A stretch of DNA of 64,000 bases, from assembly GCF_008831285.2 (NCBI RefSeq), contig NC_045138.2, forward strand, positions 41,912,001 through 41,976,000, written 5' to 3'. The notes below the pieces were generated by a model that was not told where the DNA came from, did not search any database, and worked only from the letters and a program-made list of their open reading frames with translations. A program made the translations under genes and the position numbers. The stretch is from Nymphaea colorata. Taxonomy: Eukaryota. Shown here in pieces: positions 23,267-37,249 of this stretch (position 1 is its first letter; each line of letters opens with the position of its first letter).

Positions 23267-26200
23267 TATATCTCCTTTGTCATTTACTGATTTAAAATAG
23301 CATCTACGATCAAAAATTTTGGCAGTGTGGCTCAAACTGAAAAATTTTTCAAAAAAGACTCATTTGATAAGGATTTTGAAAGCATTTTATTTGCAAGATA
23401 AACCAACACTAAAATAGCCCCAGAACAAAGTTTTTTTGACATTCTTTGAAGTAAATTAAGTCTTAGCAGCTTCAAGGGTATGCCTAAGCTTTCTTTCGAT
23501 AGTCCATTTTCCTGAGGAGTTCTAAAGTAATATTTTTGATGTATGATTCTCTAGCATTCTATGTGACTTAGTTCATGAAATAAGTATTCTCCTTCTGAAT
23601 TGGTTTCAAAATCCTGATATTAGAGACTCTTATTTCAAAAGTTGTTTAAGGATGCAAAAACCTCAGAATTAAACTTGAGAATGTAAATCCAACAATATCT
23701 AGTATTCATCAACAGAAATAGCATGATGTAAAAACTCATTTAGAAGCAACTGGAGTTGCATCCCTAACATTTGAATGAACCAACTGAAATAACATCTTAA
23801 AAAACAAAGTTCTTTGTGCGAAAGATAATGCTTTTATTTTTCCAAGAATGCATTAACGACATAAAAAATTGTCCAAATAAAGATTCTAATAAGCATGTAA
23901 AACAGATAATTTTTAAAATCTGGATATCTTAGTCTATGATGTCAAACATCAATATTTTTTGTTTGGACAACATTAAAAACGAAAGACTTAGTATACAAAA
24001 ATATCCATATATTAAAGGTATATTTTCCTACAGCTTTTCTCAATCACTTTTTGGAGTGGCAACACAGCAACTAACATTTGTTCAATAAAAACACAACATC
24101 ACAACCATGCGATGACTCAGATTTGAAAGAAAAAAGGTAAATTTAAATTTAACTTTATTAAAGTCTAAATCTAACATTTGGAATATAAATTTTTTCTTTT
24201 AGAAGTGGTTGAAATAACCACTCCTAAGATAGATGTTCCTCAATTGATCCTTCAAGAAGAAGCTGTAGTTATTTTGTCAATTGTGCTGAGAACGTTACTC
24301 TAATTGAACCACCCTGTCTTGTTGAGTTGAAGATACTATAGCAACCTTTTTATTATTTGAGGTTTAATATGACTGGGTTCATGTAAAAAACATGACACGT
24401 CACTTTCTCCATGTTGTTATTTACTATAATGGTTAAGTCTGGTTGTCTAGAAGGTTAGAGAGAGTTTCTTGGCCTAGATATTGCAGGGCCTTGTCTTTTT
24501 CATATTTAGATAATATGAACAACAAACTATCCACATTTTTATTAATGTCAGATAGGAGGTGTTTAAAAAAGAGATAAACTAAAGGCCCTAATTTTTTGAA
24601 TTTGCGCTTCCATCCTAGCAAAGACATTTCCATTTTAACTTGCATTTTTTTGTCACTTTGTTTATATAGTTAAAAATATTAGTTTTTAGAGCTCATATAC
24701 CTGAGAACATTCAGGGAAAACCCATTTTAACATGCCAACAACTTTCCATGTCAAGAAAATTTAACAGGATTTTCGTCACAAAGATCAGCAATTTCAAAAT
24801 ACAATAAACACACTTCAAACAAGTGAAACGGAAAAATCAGGAATTTATTTTGATATTCTGAAATTCAACAAATTGGAAATATCATGATATTACCTTGACA
24901 TCATTGGAAGTTTCTTCACAAAAAACTATTTTGAAGTTTCTTGGGTTTCTTTTAATATTGAATAATTATTTTGAATTTGCATTGATGTTTTTGTAACAGA
25001 ATCAGTAGAAAACTCACAAATTGCATTATTTTCTCTATTAATTTTTATGTATTTTCCAAATTGAATATCTGAGACTTTCACCAGTTTTCCTGAGGAAACA
25101 AACTTTCTGATTAATACCTAAGACCAATAAAAACACAAGAATAATATTTATCGCTATTGCTTATACCTGTGGGAAACTATTTCCACATTTTGAATGCTAG
25201 TTTATCTCCACTGAGGTGCTCTTTTTCAACTTTTGGTACCAGCGGGATGCGATTTAAATTTCAATTGAGGTTTACTATTCGATGATTCAAAATTTTTGTG
25301 CAAGACCTACTTTGAAATTATTTTTGTGGTCCTTTGTCTTGGGCCCAACAACCACAAAAAATTGTGTATATGCACCATCTGTGTTTCATAGTTCATACTT
25401 TTAAGAACTATAACTTCCTACCAAACAGATCTGCAGTGTGTCCAATGCCAGCACTCATGGTTATCAGTATGACTTTCAGCAGTTTTTTTCCATGCTTTTC
25501 GCCAAAGGTTCTTTTCAAAATGTACCCTCAACAAAACTTAGATTTAAAGCAATTATAAAGAATTAAAAAAAAAGTCACCAAATGATGAGTTCCTTAGTAC
25601 TTCTCTGAAAATAAATAGCAAACGAAAAAGTTTTCCAAGTATAATAGAATGGAAAGACCATGTACCTAGAAACAAATCCATTTTCCCAGTATTCGAATAG
25701 GATATGTTCTGATATTTTTCAGTTCTTGTGATATTTCATTAGCTGGCTTCTGTATGGCGATGATACTGTATAAGTTGTTTTCAGAATGTTGGAGATTTTG
25801 CTGACTCTGCCAGTATCCAATTAACGTATCTACTAATTCCATTGCTCTTAACATTGATCCTCTTTACGTTCCGCTGTTCTTAAGCAAAGAGAAAGTGCAT
25901 ATGTGCTATCCTAAATGTTTCCAAAAGCTGCTAATAAAAAATGGCCCTAGCTTTCTAAAGCAACAATGGTTTATTTATCCAAATTGTCGAGCAAGAATTC
26001 CAGATCAGGAGTTACATCTCTGTTCGTTCACATAATAAGTTTTTGCTTTTCCAAGGAGAAGAAGGTTTTTGCAATGAAGAGAAGGAATAAACCTTTCACT
26101 GGCATAGCCAGTTTTTACTATCCTAGCAGCGCCAGGCTCAAAAAGAAATCCCCAAATGCAGCCGACGTCATATCAAATAGAACCCAACAACTCATATGCC

Positions 26201-26644
26201 AGTATACATCATCCAATAAGTGCGTCATTATCAGAACAAAAAGTTGGACTTATGTAGATAATTTGACCTTTTCTTTTCCTTCTCTGATCTTTTCTACGAT
26301 AAAAAACCAAATACAAAAAAAAATGAAGAAGAACTATTCTTCAGCGCAATGGGGAAAGATCCATGACATCCATGAAACCGCAATACAAGAGTGGTTGATA
26401 ACCAAAACTGAATTCCACTAAACCCCAACTCGAAATCAAAGACCAAGGAAAGCAATAGGAAAATCTAGATACAAACAAAGAAATATCATTTCCTTTCAGA
26501 GGAAGCAGTATGATTTCCTGTTGGTATGTAAAAAAAACTTTGATCACGGAAGTGAAATCTGCATTATCATATCAAGACAGCAGACCCCTCAATAAAACAG
26601 AAGGAAAAATAGGGAGAATGATCGCAGTGGGTTTAGCTAATTAC

Positions 26645-26785
26645 CTTAGACTTAAAATTGGATGGGCTCAACAGGACAACATCAGAGGAAGGACCGTAGA
26701 GTGCGGCAACCAAGCGAGAGGAGGACGATAAAAAAATAAGCAAGAAGAAGGAGAAGATGACTGACGTAGACCAAAACATAGCCAT
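26645..26785 (-). CDS. PDIL2-3: Protein disulfide isomerase (PDIA6/P5-like, plant PDIL2 group), coding exon 1 with signal peptide
   Basis: ATG at 26785 in gcagccATGgct context. Encodes MAMFWSTSVIFSFFLLIFLSSSSRLVAALYGPSSDVVLLSPSNFKSK (hydrophobic signal peptide, then LYGPSSDV..L...NFKSK typical of P5). GT donor at 26644-26643; phase 0. Confidence 0.92.
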
Positions 26786-26894
26786 GGCTGCCGCGAGAGA
26801 GAGAGCACGCCCCGCCAGGCGGTGCCAGCAACATACATAGGGTCGCAAGGGCAGTGAGACTTTGACGGGAGCACATGACCGACGCGTGTTCGAA

Positions 26895-26913
26895 CCAATA
26901 GAAAGAATACACG
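26895..26913. promoter_or_regulatory. ER stress response element (plant ERSE-like CCAAT-N10-CACG) overlapping a CACGTG G-box
   Basis: CCAAT-agaaagaata-CACG ~110-130 bp upstream of the PDI ATG. Exact match to the plant ERSE spacing, in front of an ER folding-enzyme gene. Confidence 0.75.
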
Positions 26914-27013
26914 TGTCGAGCAATCGTGCTTGGTCTTTTACAGGACAAGTGTGTCGTCCTTTTTTTAGAATCATATCCTTCTTTGTCCATATGGATCCGC
27001 TTTTAGTTTCTTA

Positions 27014-27258
27014 CGGTGCTTTCGGATGTCGTATTTCTCTAAACCAGTTATCTAAAAATTAGGTTTGTGTAAAGTTTTTTAATGAGTTTTAGAAACTTTT
27101 TTTTTTTAGATGACATATTCAAAACTTGGTTTTTAAATAACCTCAAAGAGAATTAGGTTTTTCACTTTCTTTTACAAAACCAGGTTAGGTCAAAACCGAG
27201 TTTTATTTGCACTCAAACACTCCAAAACCTGGTTTTGAAGTGTAATCCAAACACCCCC
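27014..27258. mobile_element. Tourist-like (PIF/Harbinger) MITE upstream of the PDI promoter
   Basis: TTA on both sides; degenerate TIRs CGGTGCTTTCGGAT...ATCCAAACACCCCC; internal AAAACYNGGTTTT-like motifs. Confidence 0.55.
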
Positions 27259-27959
27259 TTAGTCTTCTTTGCCTATACCCATTACTAATCTCAATGTTTC
27301 GTACAGTGTCAATCCAAGAATGTAAGATTTGGTTGGATTAAATCTTTACTTGATTTCATTTCATTAACTTTGATGTAATCAAACTCCACGTTCCAATCGT
27401 GGTTTTTTAAGTTCAAACCTGGATGCTGCCCATTACTCCACCAAAAGCTGATTGTGCTAAAGCATGCATGCTTTGCACGATAGAGCAAAACAGATAGCAA
27501 CTATATAGTGGTAACTAAAACCATAAATTTGAGAATCCCCTAAAGTACTCATGGTATCTTTACAAATATACAACTCAAAACTAAGGCCGAAAAAACACAC
27601 TTTATGACCGCATCTCGGTGACTAATGACATGATCTAACAAGTAAATTGATCACAATCTCATACTTCATACCCTAAAAATTGTTGCATGTGCAATGACAC
27701 CAATTTTGAGAGGAAAAAAAAAACATTGATCCAATGTTATGCGTAAACAGCAAAACCAATGTATCATACTTAGTAAGCTAGGTGTGAATGAAGGGGCATG
27801 AAGTACATATGGTCGGGTACAACCATAGATAAACAATTTTACATAGCTAGCTTAGCAGCTAATTGGGTATGTTACGAAGCTGTTAAGATATTATAGATAG
27901 CGTTTGATAGGAAAAATTTGTGTTCATGTAACACATGGTTGTACTAAAAATATATGTTT

Positions 27960-28770
27960 TAAGGAAGATCTTGTTCTTGTTCTTGGTGGTGGCGTCTGGC
28001 AACTGAGTATTCTCCCATCACCTAATTCATTTGTTCCAAATTTGACCTGTCTTCCCCTAGTGTTTGGAATTGTTCCATCTCTCACCCCTCTCCCTCTCAC
28101 TTTTTGAAAGACATGCTTTCTACCATTGCTCTTTTCCTTTGCCTTGCTACCTGGCTTCCTTTGGTCCTTCAGTTGCGTCGCTCTCACCCCAATCCCTTTG
28201 GTCCCTTGACCCCTCTCCTCGTGCCATTGCTTTCGTCTGGCTTCTTCTTACTGGCCACATCAATACTTTTGACCACTTACAGCGCCTTGGCATCAGTTTG
28301 GCTAACCAGTGTCCCATCTGTCTTGTCGCGGCTGAGTCTCGAGTCTACCTTTTTACCTCTTGCCCGTTCTTCTTTAGTGTCCTAACTTTTACATGGTCTT
28401 TCCTTGTTAGTAGTCTTCTAAACTCACCATCCATTCGTCTTCTGTTCCTCTTTTGTCCTTCCCCCACCTGTCTGCTTCCTGGGGTCGTGTTTGGAGGTCG
28501 TGGCTCATTTCATCTTGGTGGCGCATTTGGGAAGAGCGCAACAACAGGGTCTTCAGGGACACCTTCTCTTCGTCAGATTATGTGGCTCGTCTTGTGCAGG
28601 GAGTGTCCAGTTTGCCATTCGGCTAAGGCGTTGTGGTCCGTCTGCGGCTGGGTGACGGTGCCGCTCCTTCTTTCCTCTTTATTCACATTTTTCTTATTTT
28701 ACTGTGCATTGTACTGTATATTTCATCTTTTTGCTTTTGTTTTTATGGATTGCTTTTATATCTAGGGGAC
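27960..28770 (+). mobile_element. L1-type LINE 3' fragment (zf-RVT domain)
   Basis: LWSLDPSPRAIAFVWLLLTGHINTFDHLQRLG...CPIC...ESRVYLFTSCPF, and WWRIWEERNNRVF in a shifted frame. Confidence 0.85.
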
Positions 28771-28989
28771 TTTTTGTTCCCAAATTTTGTTATATATTTC
28801 CCATTTTATCGGCTTGTTCTAGACGAGTCGTCATATATCCAACATTTAATTGGCAGACTTAGACTTAAGGACAATCTGTTCAGCTTGTTTGTAGCTTACT
28901 TAGTAGACCTATTAGGATTGATCACTGAAAAAGCCAATTCTTTTTCAAATTCCTTGGTGAATTAGACTTGACTGGTAAATTTGTCTATG

Positions 28990-29500
28990 CAATCCATGGG
29001 TTAGCATCCACGGTCTACAGCCAGGACTAGAATGAAAGGAATGATAGTAAGAAGAAACTTTGCTTCAAGTTGAACCCTTTTCAACTTGATATAAGCCAAC
29101 TCCCATAGTTCATGATCAAAAATTTCTTTGTGTTGAATTACATAGAAACATGGAACTTGCATATCAAAGTCAAATTGTACCGATTTCCGTATCGGGAAAA
29201 GAAAGAGGATGCAGCTGAGGAGGTCTTTCATTGGTGTTGTTGGGATGTAAGTAGTTAGTTTTCATTAACGCTTGCTTGATTTTGACAAGAAGGCTTACGT
29301 TTTAGGGCACTGCAGTTGTATCAGCGTGCTTTGTTGGTTTTGAGAACATGTTAGCTCTTTGGTCTTCTTAATTATAGTTTGCTACAGAGACCATAGATCT
29401 AACATTCCTTTTCCTAGTTTATCTTGATCCATATGCCTGGAACAACTAACTTTGAAACTTTTAGTGACTTACACTTCTTATGGATAAGACTAAAATATGA
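28990..29500 (+). mobile_element. Heavily decayed copia RT fragments
   Basis: Scattered codon remnants resembling FQLDIS, ETWNL and CxLRRS; no ORF. Confidence 0.3.
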
Positions 29501-32500
29501 AAATCTGCTATCCACTTTTTATGGACAGTTAGAAGTTCCAGAGTAGATGGTCATCTGAAGTTTTATTTAGGTTTCCTTTCAACCAAACGTTGGCTACTAC
29601 TGACACGTAGAGATTTGTTAATTTGTGCCAAAAATAATAGTTACTTAATTCTATCGAAAGTATCAGACCTTCATATGCCAAATTTTATGGAAATCTTCTA
29701 GCCATCAATTCTATGGAGATTGAACTGTGGAGATTAGGTTGAAAAAAGTAAAAACCAAGCTGTTTTTTCAAGAAACCAAAGTACCTTACATAGGAGGCAA
29801 GGGGCCTTGATTAAGAAGCTTACTTGTGTGTGTTTGCCTGTGTTATATATATATATATTTCTGATGGATGATTCTGCAATTCAAAAGCAGTAGTTATGGG
29901 AGCACTAGTGGGAGTTTATAGTATGATGACGGTTCGTGGTACTTTTGGAAATGGTTCATAGTACATATCAATCATTCACTTGTAAGCCTTTTAAAAGCAA
30001 CTTTTTAATGAAATTCAAAGAGAAATTTGGCCACCAAATAATAAAAGCCAAACTCCCACGCGGGTCGAATCCACAAGGAACGGTAATCAGTAAACCAAAT
30101 CCAAATAAGTGAACTTACATTAATACTAAAAAATGTCGATGTCATACAATGCAAACAAACCAAAGTTCATTCATGCAAGAAACACAAGCCAATCCTAGAA
30201 ATGGCCTATGCAGATGCAAATATGACGCATCTTGCAAGCAGACAACTACTAATAAAAACAATCGGCACATTTTGGCCAACAGAAAATGCCACATGCCAAA
30301 AAAAAATTAATGCAGTATTTCCGCTAAGCAAACATGAGTTATACTTGACTCTCCCAGTGTAGGCCGGTGACCCTAAGCTGAATGCAATCAATAATTTAAT
30401 CCAACTAAATATTAATAAAAAATTAGAAATAGCTTATCTAATAGATTCAATAATATGCCTCTAATATTACTAGATAAGCAACGATAAATCTAATATGGTA
30501 TTGTACTATGCAACGTGAAGTAAATTGAAATAAATATGAAGTAATAAATGAAATGAACTTAAGTCGCATCACGTGGGCCTTTGGCCCTTTCCAAGCGTTC
30601 TTCAATATAACAACTCGCCACTCAAGAAGGTCCCCACTCAAACCAATAATTCAAATTACATGAATGTAAATCACCTACCCAAAAGAATAAAATTAATTGG
30701 AAAAAAAAATTCATGAAAATTAAGTAAAGAAAATTATTCCCAACTAGTGGGCCGCAAAGGACACACGTCCTTGACACCAAGTTACTTTCCTACGCCCAAA
30801 TAAAATAAAATAAATGATATTCAAAGAATAACCAATACGGCAATACCTACTTTAATGAGACGACTAAAGCAAAGTTCAAAACTTCATTTTCTAAGGGGTC
30901 ATTTCTCAATATGTCTTGTGAATCTGCCCTAAAATTGGTGCAGTTCATGAAACGCTAAAGCTATTGGAAACTGTCCAATCACAAACAATTTCTGCTGCTA
31001 AACTACACCTAAATCGCCCAACCCTAAGTTGGCATTTTTTTTCTAAAATTTGATAAAATGCAAATAAAGGAATTAAATAGGGAGATCGACAACTCAGCAG
31101 GGCCTTTAAGCGAAAGCTTTCTTTTTCAAAAGAATACTTAGCATATTTCCAAAACCTTGAGGGTCCAACTACAATCTCCTAAACTTTCCATTTTTTAAAA
31201 CTTGGTCTTTGCACCATGTTTTCCAAGGTTAATCTATTTCAAAGTTAAGTCATTTGTTAGGCATCTTAGGCTCATATCAGCTTAACAATACTTAGACATA
31301 TGCCCAACCCTTGATTCAATTACCCCTAGTAAAAGTGGCTACCATGGTTGATCCACGACTGATAGGCTGGGTCCCATCTCCTAAACTTTGTTTTGCATTT
31401 TCTAATATGGAGGCGAGTTCATTCTTTCCAAACCACCTATATTTTAGTGATAAAAAATTTTCACATATAAAACCATCGGTTAATATCCCACCATTCTGAA
31501 TAATCCTAACTTACAATAGCACCAAAGAAGTAGACATGGGAAGACGAACCTCAAGAGTGGCATGAATCCCCAAACCTCCTTAAGGGCTATGAGGTCAAAA
31601 TCTATAAAATTGATCTCATGGGTGTGTAGATGTAGATGAACTTTTGTCATTTCTAGAACTAGCATACACATCTTTCCAGATGATAATCGATTGAGGAGTA
31701 GGGGCCCAGCAGCATATAACATTCATGGTGCCAATAAGTGTATCTCTAGTGAACCACCTACACATTGAAGAAAACTCATATGATGTTTGATTTGGTATTT
31801 TATTGTTGACCTATCCAATCACGAAATTTCAATTTTGAAAATCAATTTGTCTAGTTGCAATACAAACTGACTGAAACCACACACCAAATAATAATTTAAC
31901 TAGAATCACAAGCAGAGAGTACTGGGTTGAACACACGTAAGAAGTTATTGAGAAGAGAGAGTAATGAAATTGAACTTTTATTGCTTCAAACAATCAACGA
32001 TGTCAGAAATTGTGTAACATCCTGGATAGTAGATACCTGCAGAATCAATTTCTTAACTTTCTTAGTATGACTTTTATGTTATGTATGCTACTTTCTAGCA
32101 GTTTAGATTCATCATTAGAGATTCACATGATTGTGTAGAGTTTGTCGTGAGCTCTCCAACGACACTAACTGAGATCGATTCTGATAAAGCATGACAAAAA
32201 CCATTTAGTTGAAGCATAGTTCTTTAGAAAATAGTTGAAAAACCTAAAAGATGCTTTGGAAAACTAATCAGTTGCTTAACGAAATTATTGAGCACTTTTA
32301 ATGGATTTTATAAGTCAACTAAAGGATTAGTAATTTATTAATTAGGTGTTTAACATTGCTAACCAGATAAAAAGCCAATTAATGATTGTTAATTAAATAG
32401 CTAATTAACAGATTTTTGAGTTTAAATAAAACTTCTTAAAATATATGATTTTTTTAAAATAATGTTAAAAAGGGAAGATCGAGCGAACTCAACCCCCACC

Positions 32501-34742
32501 CTTCTTCTCACATTGAGTAGAGAAGGGGAGAGAGAGAGAGAGAAGAAAGTGAGAAAAAAAAGAAAGTGAGCGAAACAAAGACAAAGAAGAGAAGGGACAA
32601 GAAAGAGAGGTTGCTAGCACAGTCAAGATGGTCGTCTCGTAAAGTTGGGGTGTCTAGCACAGACCAGAACAAGGAAAAACGCGAGTATGGCCTTCCCCAA
32701 GGGTTTTGCGATTGAAATTTTTTTGATTAACTTCATATCACAACATGAATGGTTTTGTGCTAAATTCTAGGATTAGCACCTATTTTTTGTGCTCGTGCAT
32801 ATTTGACTTGGGGGAAACGGCCTGTTTGAGTGTTTTTACGAAATCCCAAACCCACAGTGTTTCCCAGGTGCCCCCTAGGGCCGGCCAGTTCAGTGTGTAG
32901 TTTTTGTGCCAAATTTATGTTTGATGATTATTTATCATGTGCTATTGCAGTTGCACATTCAATTTCAAGAGAAACAACTCAACTTGGGCATTTTCACAAT
33001 GTTCTAAACCCCTAGTTTTCTAAGGAGCCTTCTGAGGCCAATTTAACATATAATGGAGCATACTATCATGACTCACATGCAAATTAGGCTAAAAAGCCCA
33101 GATGGATTTCTTTTAGGTCTTTGGAATGGAATTGGTCATCATTGATCGCTTGTCTTGATCGGTCGGCGTTAATTGGCCATGTCGTGACCAAGGCAAACTT
33201 GGTCGGCTATGCATGCTTGACCTTTTTGCTTACTGGTAGTGCATACATGCACACTTGGATTAAGTGCATGCTTCGTTTTGCAGGCCACCATGTGTCTGAT
33301 GTACATTTTGACCTCTATGCCCTCACTCGTGAGATTAGTAGATACATGCGAATGGGCAACGCTATGCGAGCACAAAAAGTGTTGATGGGTACATTTTAGA
33401 CATGAGGCATGTCATCATGTAGCACTCTGTCAATTTCCTTATAGTGTCAGGGAGAAAAAAATAGGTGGTACTGGGGTCATTTGTGCAAATGGAATTTGGG
33501 AAAAACTTTACCTAAAATAAGTGAAGATACCCAATCATAAACAAGAAAATGGCATCGCGATTTGGATCTCGATGAGGAAAGCCCACCCTCGCTAGCTAAC
33601 ATAGATAGAAATTCATTCCCAAATAGCATATTATAAAATAAAATATTAATAATCTAGTAAAGAATAATTTTCTTATATTATTAATATATATTATATATAG
33701 GTCGTCCCAATCATGAGTTGGAAGGATGAGACCTTTTCTTGAAAAACTCCTGATCCTGTGTCCAGAAAGTTGATCGCTTCCATTCCGACTTATTGGCTAG
33801 TGAAAATGAAACAGAGTTTTCATGTTTACATAGCCTGCGAGTTGTTAAATGATCTTAGTTTGTGTCAAACAACATGATCTAGTATTTAATGAGCAGTAAA
33901 AACATTACACACATGCATGAATGTCTTTCTTTATGATTACATCCATAATATGATCTAATGTGGTTATCACCCACAGCAAATTTGTAATAGCAAAAAAACG
34001 TCCTAAAAAGATTTGGATAATCCTAAAACTGTCGTAAAAAAAAAAAAGCGTAATGAAGTCTTAAGAAAATACTAGGAAAAATTGGGGATAACTAAACTAG
34101 AAAATATAAAAAGTATCAATCCACTAACTAACTAAAATCTTAGAATACACTCAGAATACATCTAATATTCAGAAATAAGCTATAAATTTCCAACAAAAAA
34201 TAACTGAAAATGTGTGTTGCTGCCGGAAAAACAGTCTCTCTAGCTGGAAGTATTAATGGTGATTCGTTGGAGAAGCACAAGGATTTGGACCGGCCTACCC
34301 AACAAGTGAAAACACAACGTAAAACAATAATACATGCAGTCCTACGTTACAAACTCAAACACTTGGGCTCTGAATGAAAAAAAAAACGCTAGAAACAAAA
34401 TCCAAATCCATGGCAAAACTAATTTGAGACTAAAGACCCGAATACCACTTTGATCTAGATTATTTGATAACTGTTTCATTGGACAGAATGGACGACACGT
34501 CCTGTTGAATGCCTACTTATTTGATAAACTTTACTTCCCTATCATGACTCTTGATACTCACAAAGCCAAGAATCAAAAGCAAGAACACCACACAAGTGTG
34601 CTGAAAGCAGTACCAACGTTGACACTAAGAGAAGCAACCTAGAACTGACTATGCAATCGGGGAGACAGCCAAATCAAAACTCCTGCTTATGTTTTGATAG
34701 ATTTGTTTTGAACTGCCATATGTTTCCACTTATTGTTGGAAC

Positions 34743-34821
34743 CTATGTCACCTGAGTATGGGGTGCCGGTGCCGGCACAACACATCTCAAAAAATTTAGG
34801 TGCGGCAGTGTGGCGAGCGTA

Positions 34822-34881
<60 letters not shown>

Positions 34882-35602
34882 GGTTTTACCTTCAAAGTTC
34901 AAAATAAAAATTTCAAATATAACAAATTTAAGAATCGATAGTCTGCATCAGTCATAAATGGACAAATGCACATGCACTTGAATAATAAAATTACACAAGT
35001 ATACATTAATTTACACAACCTGATTCATGTACAAAAATTAGAATTAACTCAGTTACTCTCCACCTAGTAGTTTTGAAAGTTGGAAGACCAAGAAAATAAG
35101 CATTCCAATAAAATCAGGCTGATGTTAAGTAGCTGAATTAGTTTCATTATTAGGGAAACTAAAAGAACATACAAGTTCACCATTCATTTTAGATTGCATA
35201 TCAAATGACAGCTAAAAGTAGTAGCAGAGCAACAGTTTAAAATCGAGTAACAGGACACCGACAAAATTTTCTAGCATATATTGCGAAGCACATCTAGGAG
35301 GTGCGAGGAAGACACGAGTGAGAGACAAGGGGTGAGGTCGATGCGGGCGGTCGACTTTGTTAAAATTTAAAAAAACCCTAAAAATTGGATGAAAATAAAC
35401 CGACTCGCATTTGACCACACCCGACTCGGGTCAAACGCGAGTCGGGTGCGAGTCGAAAAAAGACAATTTTAGTCGGGTGCGGTCAGCTTGCACCCGACTC
35501 TTTTTTACCACTTTGGGTGCGCACCGGGGGTGCACCTGCACCCGCACATGCACCGTGTCCACGCGGGTGCGATGCCAAAAGGGGCGCACCCTGGTGACTT
35601 AG
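34743..35602. mobile_element. Non-autonomous hAT-type element, same family as 9522-10551, opposite orientation, inserted in the edge of an LTR
   Basis: TIRs CTATGTCAC...GTGACTTAG, perfect 8-bp TSD GTTGGAAC, shared subterminal sequence; contains an expanded (ATT)n at ~34824-34881. Confidence 0.93.
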
Positions 35603-37249
35603 GTTGGAACTTTGATGTTCCACCGAGGATCTCTAGGCACAAGCTTAGCTTGCAACTTAAATCTGCAACAACAAAACAGGAGAGAAATGAAGAGAAAATG
35701 AGAATCTGAATAATTTTCGGGTTTGCCTCTAGGAAGTGCTGGCTAATCTCATGATCAACCCTAAGAATAAGATAAGCTGGGCTTTTATAGACTGTCGCCT
35801 AGGGTTTCTTGATGCCCAGCAATGGTTATGGCCAAAGGCATTTGTGGACAGTTTTCTTATTTAATCTTGTAATTGCAAGTGGACCCTCTTGCAATTACAA
35901 GACGTAAAGATAGGGATCATGGCTATTATCCCACATCTCCCGCTTAGCCATGAGACCCTTTAGATTGCTTCCACTATTTGTGGGTTTCCTTCTAGTTACG
36001 AGGTTTTTCATAATTGGTTTGTCCATCATAATTTGAATTTTTGTTCAAAGTTTATAGCGGAGTTTTTCATTCAATGGTTTTCCATCGCAACCTTTCAAAT
36101 ATATTTTAACCTCATACGAGCTACATACTTGACAAATAAATCATTTGGAATTCCTTTTGTTAAAAATGCTAGCAATCATATCAATGTATCTTTGTTTCAT
36201 TCATACATCTAAAAACTCTTAGCTGCCTTAAAACAAGGCCAACTTGGATTTTCTTAATGTATAATGAGAAGCCAAATTAGAAAGATTGTATCAAGTCCAA
36301 CACACAAACTAATATATATTGAGAGCAAAGGGTATATTTTCCTTTTATTGTTTTTCACAATTATTTAACTCCTTCAAAAATAGGATTTCTAAAAAAAATC
36401 ATTCTAAATTCATGCAATACATAATCACATGACAAACATATATTACCTTTCCAACAGAGCAAAGTATATATTCAAGTGTGCTCCCACTTTTCAAATGTTT
36501 ACATAGTTATCTACTTGTTTGGAAAGATGCCTAATCTTTATTATGACTAATTTACAAGAAAAAGCAAATATCTCAGAATATCATATTATCAATATAACAT
36601 TTTATAGAAAGAATTTCATCTAACTCATCATTCATATAATACTTTTCATGACCAAATATTTAAATCATACAAGCAAATAAGTCGCTTAGCGTCATGTCAG
36701 ATTTGTCAAGCATTTCATAAAGTTCAACACATAGTTCCACTAACAAATGCATATATCAACAATTCAAGTATTACCATTTATAACTTAATTATCAATGTCT
36801 GAAGAATAGAGGAGCTGAACTCAATTGGTTATTTTCCTAACTAATCCATAAATAAACTCACAAGATGATCATTTAGATAACTAATAAACTTCAGTCGGTT
36901 CATTACCAAACTGATTCTTAATCGATTCATTGTCTAACTGCTTATTAACATATCCAATTGATCAACCCTGATCGTCAAAAGATCATTATATTTGTACTAT
37001 TGGAATAATTCCATCTCATGCATAAAAACATCATATACACTACTTTTATTTAGGTATCAAATACATATGTATTTGCAAACATATTCTTTAATTTCTAGAT
37101 CTGCATTTGACATGCATTCTTGATCTCTTAAGATCTCAATATGGATCTAGTTTGTATGAATTTCATTATATTTATAAGTGTTATCTTACACCTCATGGAA
37201 AATATTGAAAAACAAATTCATTCTTAAACAAAAACTTACTTAATATCAT

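Noticed and set aside
22895..23335. Several 60-146 aa ORFs (HTHTH/CVCVC)
   Set aside because: Translation of the dinucleotide microsatellite.
32013..33700. TGTAACATCC start suggesting a gypsy solo LTR
   Set aside because: No right end or TSD found; likely TE-derived but boundaries are unsupported.
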